From contig CM082583.2 of NCBI GenBank assembly GCA_040954595.2, forward strand, positions 2,923,060 through 2,987,059: a DNA stretch of 64,000 bases, read 5' to 3'. A model generated the notes under the pieces. That model was not told the DNA's origin and did no database searches. It saw nothing but the letters and a program-made list of their open reading frames with translations. Each line of letters opens with the position of its first letter. Positions within the stretch are counted from its first letter, which is position 1. This stretch comes from Balanoglossus misakiensis (taxonomy: Eukaryota; Animalia; Hemichordata). Of this stretch, positions 50,796 through 60,900 are shown piece after piece. A program made the translations under genes and the position numbers.

Positions 50796-51047
50796 TGCAT
50801 ATACACATGTACATATGTTACAAATGTACATATGCCAGTGCATACATGACAAAGACATACAGACAGATATAACATTATGACAGCCAGGCAGCCTGTCTTA
50901 AATTACTCAATCCTTCGCCTGAGTTTATCTTCAGACAGACAGACAGACAGACAACTCACTAAGGCGTGTAGACAACCTAGTCTTAATTACCCTGTCCTCC
51001 CCCAGAGTTTATATCTTTTTCTGAAAGTTAAATCACAACATGTTAGA

Positions 51048-54000
51048 CAAATTATTTGCAGTTGGTGTATCGCTACCTTATCGTAACCTTATCAAAAGCA
51101 ATCTGGTGGTCAATATTATTTTGCGGTAAGGTAAATACATGTTATGTAAAATGTTGATGTCAGCTTTCTCAGATTATATCATAAGGCAGTTGAACGACAT
51201 GCACACACTATTGCTACAGATCCCGACTACCCACTTTAAAAATTCTTTTAAAATCTCCAATTATGGACATGCTACAGAGATCAATTTAACAGGAAACAAT
51301 TCCTTTGGAAAATACTTTTCCCAACAGCTATATCTATTTTAAATTCAAGTTTCATCCTTTTTTAGTTTTATCCAGTGCTGCAGATGTGCTTTTCATCATG
51401 TTGTCTTATTTGTGTATATACATTGTTATCAAAATGTCATTTATCCTGAATTTATAACTGATTGATGAGCCTCATGAAGACAAGTTTCACAGCTATTGTT
51501 GACAATTAAGTATTTGAATTGATTTAACATAGGAGCCAGTATAAGAACATTTAACCTCTTGCTGGGTAGTTTTGTTTTTATCTAGTCTCACTCCCAGACC
51601 TCATCGCTGTGCACCATAGTGTGCTACTGGCAGTATGACCAGGCAAGGAGCGCAGCGACAAGCACAAGTCGCCCGCCAAATCAGATCACTTGCCCGGTCA
51701 TGTCCTACCACCAGAAGCACACACTTTGCCCTGGTGAAGCAACAAGGTCTGGTACCATCACTCAGCTTTTCCGTAACAAAGGCCATTATTAAATCATGTA
51801 CGTGAATGAGGTTTTTCCTCGTGACGGGTTATATCTTTATTTTTCTAATAACACTTATGTTATTTCAAAACACAACTCTAAATTAATATTTTGATCCTTA
51901 TTGCTTCATGAAAGCTAAAGTATTTTGGTACAACATTTACCGTCACACTTTCTATTCCTTTCTCAGACACAAGATCAATCAATTTATTAGCTTCTGTAGT
52001 TAATTTGCTTCAAATTATTTGCAGTTGGTGTATCGCTACCTTATCGTAACCTTATCAAAAGCAATCTGGTGGTCAATATTATTTTGCGGTAAGGTAAATA
52101 CATGTTATGTAAAATGATGATGTCAGCTTTCTCAGATTATATCATAAGGCAGTTGAACGACATGCACACACTATTGCTACAGATCCCGACTACCCACTTT
52201 AAAAATTCTTTTAAAATCTCCAATTATGGACATGCTACAGAGATCAATTTAACAGGAAACAATTCCTTTGGAAAATACTTTTGCCAACAGCTATATCTAT
52301 TTTAAATTCAAGTTTCATCCTTTTTTAGTTTTATCCAGTGCTGCAGATGTGCTTTTCATCATGTTGTCTTATTTGTGTATATACATTGTTATCAAAATGT
52401 CATTTATCCTGAATTTATAACTGATTGATGAGCCTCATGAAGACAAGTTTCACAGCTATTGTTGACAATTAAGTATTTGAATTGATTTAACATAGGAGCC
52501 AGTATAAGAACATTTAACCTCTTGCTGGGTAGTCTTGTTTTTATCTAGTCTCACTCCCAGACCTCATCGCTGTGCACCATAGTGTGCTACTGGCAGTATG
52601 ACCAGGCAAGGAGCGCAGCGACAAGCACAAGTCGCCCGCCAAATCAGATCACTTGCCCGGTCATGTCCTACCACCAGAAGCACACACTTTGCCCTGGTGA
52701 AGCAACAAGGTCTGGTACCATCACTCAGCTTTTCCGTAACAAAGGCCATTATTAAATCATGTACGTGAATGAGGTTTTTCCTCGTGACGGGTTATATCTT
52801 TATTTTTCTAATAACACTTATGTTATTTCAAAACACAACTCTAAATTAATATTTTGATCCTTATTGCTTCATGAAAGCTAAAGTATTTTGGTACAACATT
52901 TACCGTCACACTTTCTATTCCTTTCTCAGACACAAGATCAATCAATTTATTAGCTTCTGTAGTTAATTTGCTTCAAATTATTTGCAGTTGGTGTATCGCT
53001 ACCTTATCGTAACCTTATCAAAAGCAATCTGGTGGTCAATATTATTTTGCGGTAAGGTAAATACATGTTATGTAAAATGATGATGTCAGCTTTCTCAGAT
53101 TATATCATAAGGCAGTTGAACGACATGCACACACTATTGCTACAGATCCCGACTACCCACTTTAAAAATTCTTTTAAAATCTCCAATTATGGACATGCTA
53201 CAGAGATCAATTTAACAGGAAACAATTCCTTTGGAAAATACTTTTGCCAACAGCTATATCTATTTTAAATTCAAGTTTCATCCTTTTTTAGTTTTATCCA
53301 GTGCTGCAGATGTGCTTTTCATCATGTTGTCTTATTTGTGTATATACATTGTTATCAAAATGTCATTTATCCTGAATTTATAACTGATTGATGAGCCTCA
53401 TGAAGACAAGTTTCACAGCTATTGTTGACAATTAAGTATTTGAATTGATTTAACATAGGAGCCAGTATAAGAACATTTAACCTCTTGCTGGGTAGTCTTG
53501 TTTTTATCTAGTCTCACTCCCAGACCTCATCGCTGTGCACTATAGTGTGCTACTGGCAGTATGACCAGGCAAGGAGCGCAGCGACAAGCACAAGTCGCCC
53601 GCCAAATCAGATCACTTGCCCGGTCATGTCCTACCACCAGAAGCACACACTTTGCCCTGGTGAAGCAACAAGGTCTGGTACCATCACTCAGCTTTTCCGT
53701 AACAAAGGCCATTATTAAATCATGTACGTGAATGAGGTTTTTCCTCGTGACGGGTTATATCTTTATTTTTCTAATAACACTTATGTTATTTCAAAACACA
53801 ACTCTAAATTAATATTTTGATCCTTATTGCTTCATGAAAGCTAAAGTATTTTGGTACAACATTTACCGTCACACTTTCTATTCCTTTCTCAGACACAAGA
53901 TCAATCAATTTATTAGCTTCTGTAGTTAATTTGCTTCAAATTATTTGCAGTTGGTGTATCGCTACCTTATCGTAACCTTATCAAAAGCAATCTGGTGGTC

Positions 54001-54905
54001 AATATTATTTTGCGGTAAGGTAAATACATGTTATGTAAAATGATGATGTCAGCTTTCTCAGATTATATCATAAGGCAGTTGAACGACATGCACACACTAT
54101 TGCTACAGATCCCGACTACCCACTTTAAAAATTCTTTTAAAATCTCCAATTATGGACATGCTACAGAGATCAATTTAACAGGAAACAATTCCTTTGGAAA
54201 ATACTTTTGCCAACAGCTATATCTATTTTAAATTCAAGTTTCATCCTTTTTTAGTTTTATCCAGTGCTGCAGATGTGCTTTTCATCATGTTGTCTTATTT
54301 GTGTATATACATTGTTATCAAAATGTCATTTATCCTGAATTTATAACTGATTGATGAGCCTCATGAAGACAAGTTTCACAGCTATTGTTGACAATTAAGT
54401 ATTTGAATTGATTTAACATAGGAGCCAGTATAAGAACATTTAACCTCTTGCTGGGTAGTTTTGTTTTTATCTAGTCTCACTCCCAGACCTCATCGCTGTG
54501 CACTATAGTGTGCTACTGGCAGTATGACCAGGCAAGGAGCGCAGCGACAAGCACAAGTCGCCCGCCAAATCAGATCACTTGCCCGGTCATGTCCTACCAC
54601 CAGAAGCACACACTTTGCCCTGGTGAAGCAACAAGGTCTGGTACCATCACTCAGCTTTTCCGTAACAAAGGCCGTTATTGAATCATGTACCTGAATAAGG
54701 TTATTCCTCGCGGTGGGTTATATCTTTATTTTTCTAATCACACTGATTTTATTTCAAAACACAAGTCTAAATAATTATATTTTGATGCTTATTGCTTCAT
54801 GAAAGCTGAAGTATTTTGGTACCACATTTACTGTCACATATTTTATTCCTTTCACATACACATGATCAATCAATGTATTAGCTTCTGTAGTTGGTTCGCT
54901 AACAA
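51048..54905. repeat. 963-bp tandem array, four units, overlapping the 3' end of the Helentron ORF
   Basis: caaattatttgcagttgg starts at 51048, 52011, 52974, 53937; units nearly identical; the ORF track repeats with the same period. Confidence 0.97.
54725..54730 (-). terminator. Candidate polyadenylation signal of the Helentron transcript
   Basis: AATAAA on the minus strand about 45 nt after the TAA; a second at 54748-54753. Confidence 0.45.
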
Positions 54906-57900
54906 ATTGTCTGAAACCATGATCTTCCATGAACTTTACAAGTGATGACCGGGACAAGATATCTTCATTGAAATCACCCATGATCAGTTTGCCTCCTGGG
55001 TATTTTTCCATTGCTTTCACCAAACAAACCAAACTTTTTTTGAATACCTCTGCTTTGTATGATGGTGGTCTATAAACTACAGCTACTGTAACATTGATTT
55101 TAGTGACATAAAATGAAATACATTCCAAATTACACACACCCAAATGCAAAATTTCAAAATCATTACATAGTTTGCTATAGACTCCAACACCACCCCGCTG
55201 TTGCAACTGTAGACTTGATGTATTTCTATCAAATTGATTGTAGGATTGAGATCGTGGTTGGTGATTGAATTCAAATCCGCTCAATTGCAAATTACAATGT
55301 GTTCCTTTTTCAGATAACCAAGTTTCCGTCAAACAAATGAAGTCTGCTTCCAAATATTCACTGTCATTGCAAATATCTTTAATGTGATTGACAAGTCCCT
55401 CCACATTATGCAATACAAATGAGCATGTATAATTACTGTGTTCTTTCTGAGTACACTTGGGGAGAAATTTTGGCATTGTTTCCAGGGCTTCTTGGACCTT
55501 TTCATTGCAATATATGGATGATTTGTTAAAGTCATTAATAATGAGACCATCTAATGTTGTCACCCGACTCAATGCCACATATGCCTGTCCTGGTGCAAAC
55601 ATCTTCTTTAAACTGACAACAGCTTTATCAACTGTCAATCCCTGTACCTTATGCACTGTACATGCCCAAGCTAGTTTTAAAGGAAACTGCCTCCTAATAC
55701 CACCATTACTTGCAACAGACATTTCCTGAGGTTCTATAGGGGTACTGTTTACTGGAAGGTCAGATATAGTTATAGGCTTCTTTTTACGCAATCCTTGGCC
55801 AACTTTCTCATTATCAAATACAACATAAATGGCAGCTGGGAATTTTTCATTTGGTTTTACTGCAATGTGACATACTGTCCCAAAAACGCCATTCACCAAA
55901 CCATCAGCCACATCAATGTTATGCGTCAATTGGACTCGTGCACCAACAGCTAGAGTAAGAGTCTTTGGCAAAGTTGTCCTGAACACTTTGACATGGTGAC
56001 CTTCCTTTTTTTCTAGTCGTCCACTTTTAGGATTTCTGCTAAAATCTTCTGCTTCAATACACACAGGATCAGAACATTGAGAATGAAGCATTTCAACATT
56101 AGAGCTATTAACCTCTGCATTTGTAGCAAAAACATGCATTGCCTCAGATGTTTCACCAGTAACACACTTTTGTAACATTGCCACATCACCAGCATTTAGT
56201 GTGTCCCCCTTTTTGTGAACTCTTACTCGATTTAATGCCTCTGCAAATGCACAGTCTTTCTGTCTCATTATTTCAGTTAATTCTACCATACTGAAATTGT
56301 CATTCCACAGATTGACGGATTCACGGTCTATGCACAGTGGACTTGCTTTTACAGGCGGGAGTTGATAAAAATCACCCACAGCAATAACACACACATTCCC
56401 AAATGGTGACTCAGCCGATGACTGTTTGATTTGTCGCAGTCTTCCATGAACATAGTACAGTAACTTTTTGTCTACCATAGAAATCTCATCTATTATCAAA
56501 ATTTGAAGGTTACCAAACTTGCAACGAAGAGTATTGAGCTTTTCTTCACGCAGTGGCTGATATGGCAGCTTTGAGTCAACAGCTATGGAGAATATATGAT
56601 GGAGAGTTGTTCCTTGTATATTAAACGCTGCTACTCCTGTTGGTGCAGTTAAAGCAATTGAAATTCCATCAACATCTGGCATTGCACGAGCTAGAATTCG
56701 TTTGGCTTCATGATATATGCTTTTGATTAAGTGACTTTTTCCAGTACCAGCACCACCAGTGACAAACAAATAAAAGGGTTCTGGATTCTTGCCATTGCTT
56801 TTGTCCAAACACCACTTCCTGACAGTGTAAAACACTTCTGCTTGTTTCTTGTTCAAAGATCTACACATTGCTTCAACCTCATATTTCTTCATTGAATTTG
56901 AAAGTTCTACATGGCAATCATCACCTTTAGGTTTTTTTACCAAGTCCGGAATATCACTGTCATCCACTGGATCATCATCACAGCACTTTTTACCTTCTTC
57001 AATGCATTCCAATCGTTCTAATTCATTTTCTGGACATATTTGAGCCCATGCATCTTCAAGATGGCCATTCTCATCAAGAAATTGTCCAGCTGCATCAATA
57101 GCATCAGCCTCTGTTTCAAATAATGCTTTATTGGCATCTACAATCATTTTAACCTTTTCTAAAGAAGCAGTGCCACATTTCACTGCACCAAGACAATAAA
57201 AATCCTCAAACGATTCAAATCCACTAGGTTTCAGTTGTGATTCCGTACGATATGGGAGAAACAGTTGTAATATACTGCCATAGTGCTTTTCTGGACATTT
57301 GGTAACAGAAAATCTAGCATATCTAACAACAGCACCATCACTTATAGATCTTTTCTGCATGTAACCAACATCATTTTTCAACTTCACTATTGGACTGTGG
57401 CGTTTTTCATTACTCACATTTTTCATTTCTGATTTTGAAACCACTCTGTATTCAGAACAAAATTTTGCAAGACACATGTTGTCAAAATCTACCCCATTTG
57501 GTCTGTTCTTGTACCTGTCTACAATGCTATTCATCCATATCTCTTCCTCATCTAAATCACCACCTTTCATTTTCTTCTGAATTGCAGCTAATGGCAGACT
57601 CATTTTAATTTGATTTTCTCCTGTTGGAATAAACTGAACTTTTCGTGATGATTGTTTCAGTTTCAAACCACATACCCTATAAACAGCTTCCTGGGCACTT
57701 ATTTCCCTGTTGTGCAGATATACACCACCTAACTCTTTCATGGCAGACTTTGCATCCATATTTCCTTCTTTGTTAGCCTCTTTCTGTGCATGTTCCAAGA
57801 GTAAACCCATTTCTCTTTCGGCCTTAGAGATGTATGACACAATGTACACAACACAGGCATAAGCATCCACCACAAACTGAATGTCCATGTTTGCATTCCA

Positions 57901-60900
57901 GCAACGGAGAAGGTTGGTATTATATTGGTTCACCCAAACATCACTTGGCTCACGTTTTAGAACTACACTTGTCTTCTTTGCCAAAATTGCATTTGCTTGT
58001 TCAAACATCTCCTGAGATATGCCAACTGCATTGAACAAATCATCAATAGTATCAATTTGTTTCTCTTTATCACACAGGCATGTCCACACTCGTTCTAAAA
58101 TTTGTCTAGCCTTCTTCTGAACCAATACTGTATCATCCAACTCAAGCAAACTATTTTCAAATTCACTCTCCAGCGATGTAGACATTTGATCATCCTTACA
58201 CTGATCGTCATCTGTTACCTCTATTCCGGTATCTATGCTGACAGATGGGTGGCATATAAAGGTTTTGTTTGAAGGAGGTCGGGGGAAGTTGAATCGACAT
58301 GTAGTACCCTTTTTCTTGCAAGATTTTGAATGCCTTGAGCTGTGTTTCTGGACTGTTTTCACAATCTCATGCAGTACCTCATCCTCCTCTATAGAAGGCA
58401 TTTCACATGTTACATATCTGTCAACAAACTCAACAACATCCTCATCAGAATCTTTGTCCACTTTTGGTGCATTTTCAACCCAAAACAAACAGTGAGTGTG
58501 TGGTGATCCACGCTGCTGAAACTCAACTCGATAAAAATAATCTTTGATCTTCCCAATAGGACTAGCTGGTGACATTATTACCTCATTCAAGAAACAATGG
58601 AATCTATGATCAAACATTCTTGCTGCTGTTACAGGATTTCGTCTCAGGATACCACATTTCTCACACCAATCGAGATCCTCAGCATTACGTGTATCACCTT
58701 CTTCACGTAGGATAGTCTCAATTACTTCTTTCCATCTTAAGTCAGCAGCAGAAAATGAACAGAACCATGTCGGTATACCTAACTGTCTGATCATTGCAAA
58801 AATATCTTTCTGTGTAGCTTGCCAATAAGGAGGAGTTCCTCGTACTGGTTTTAGAAACTTGTAGCCTTCATCACACTTCAATATCTCTCTCAAAGAATCC
58901 CCATCAGTCAGAACATCAGATGTCACCTTTTTGCCACAAGCGTTGGCAGTTCCTTTTCTCAAAGCGATTGAAACATTTGATACAACCTGGTCAAGTTCTG
59001 AACGATATTGTGCATAAAATATGTAGTCTGTGCTTTTTGCAAACCTGTTACTTGCATTCATGAGGCGACTCTGCAGGTATCGTCCTATTGTTATCTTAAC
59101 CTCTCGATCATCGTGAAATGTTGGTGATCCAGTTGGGAATATCACAGGAAAGCACTTAGCTTCATTGAACTTCTCCATCAACACTCTAACAGGTTTATTA
59201 TCCTCGCCAGGAGCAACACAAGCGATATCATCAAAGTGATAATCAAGAATATCCTGACCAATGTCAACTGGTTGAAAGCATGTGTCCATGAATATTCCAT
59301 TAGTATCTCCATCAGGCTCATTTCCATTTTCTGTGTCTGATGCTACATCATTGCCTTCAGTATCTAACAATTTTTCCTCAGTGTTTTCATTACTTTCACC
59401 ATTAGATTTTTCTTCAGTCTTTTCAAGAGTATTTTCCCAAGTGAGATTGAATTTGACATCATTATACCACTTGTTATTTTTCTGTAGGTATTCCAGTGCA
59501 TTTTGAATGTGTCCTTTGTTTACAAATTGATACTGATAACAACCTTTGTAACTTAATTTCCGCTTTAATTTCACCTTTATCATCTGGTCATCCAATTCAC
59601 CTCTAGGCAAAATACTTGTGGCCTTTTCTATATTAGACGGGACACACACAACAGGTCCGTGAACACCATTTTGTCCACCTCTTGGTAGTGCCATCATTTT
59701 CATGAAAGGAATATGCAGTGCAATTAAATGTTGCTCTAAAGAATTCAGACATTTTAATTCATCAGGGATTGGTTTGACATCAAGATTGTTTGCAGCAGCT
59801 TGAACAGGCATCTCTGCACGCAAGAGTTTGCTATGACATGTGTGACAAATCCATAATTTACTGGCTGCACTGCTCTTAAGGGGACAATCAACAATACATA
59901 ATTCACTACAGTTGTGTACATACTCTTGTGTTATGCATTTGTTGGCATTCATTTCACAGAGACCTCCCTTAGAGACATAGTTATCCATCTTACAAACAAT
60001 TACCTGTTTTCTAAAAAGTCGCCGGTGACAAACTGAACATACACAATTTGGCCCAACTGAAATCTGATTCCGGAAATCAATTATAACACGCTCTATATTT
60101 CCCTTTTCAATCTTTGTCACTTTCCTCTCAGTACGTCTTCTCTGCAGTACAGTTTGTTTATAAACGTGATCCTGTTGGTAACGTTCCAAACATTTTTTTT
60201 TGGTCCAGTTTTGAAACTCTTCATCTCTGTTATACTTGTCAAGAAATTGTGCTGCATTCTGACTTTTTTTGTGTTCTCGGAACTTCTGATCGTTTTGGAA
60301 CTTGTCAGCAAATACTGCTGCAGTCTGTCTCTTCTTTTGTTCTCGAAACTCCAGATCTTTTTTGTACTTATGAACACATTGTGCTGCACTCTGTCTCTTC
60401 TTTTGTTCTCGGAATGTCTGATCTTTTTTGTACTTGTCAACACATTGTGCTGCACTCTGTCTCTTCTTTAGTTCTCGGAATGTCTGATCTTTTTTGTACT
60501 TGTCAACACATTGTCTCTTCTTTTGTTCTCGGAAAGTCTGATCTTTTGTGTACTTGTCAACACATTGTGCTGCACTCTGTCTCTTCTTTTGTTCTCGGAA
60601 TGTCTGATCTTTTTTGTACTTGTCAACACATTGTCTCTTCTTTTGTTCTCGGAAAGTCTGATCTTTTTTGTACTTGTCAACACATAGTGCTGCATTCTGT
60701 CTCTTCTTTTGTTCTCGGAATGTCTGATCTTTTTTGTACTTGTCAACACATTGTCTCTTCTTTTGTTCTCGGAAAGTCTCATCTTTTTTGTACTTGTCAA
60801 CACATTGTCTCTTCTTTTGTTCTCGGAATGTCTGATCTTTTTTGTACTTGTCAACACATTGTGCTGCACTCTCACTCTTCTTGTGCTCTCTGTATAGTGG

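Noticed and set aside
50597-50875. ORFs with CMYV and TYIH repeats
   Set aside because: Translations of (TACA)n and (CA)n microsatellites.
51139-54231. Repeated 67-aa and 61-aa ORFs as a small gene cluster
   Set aside because: They recur only because of the 963-bp array; no recognisable motifs or independent coding evidence.
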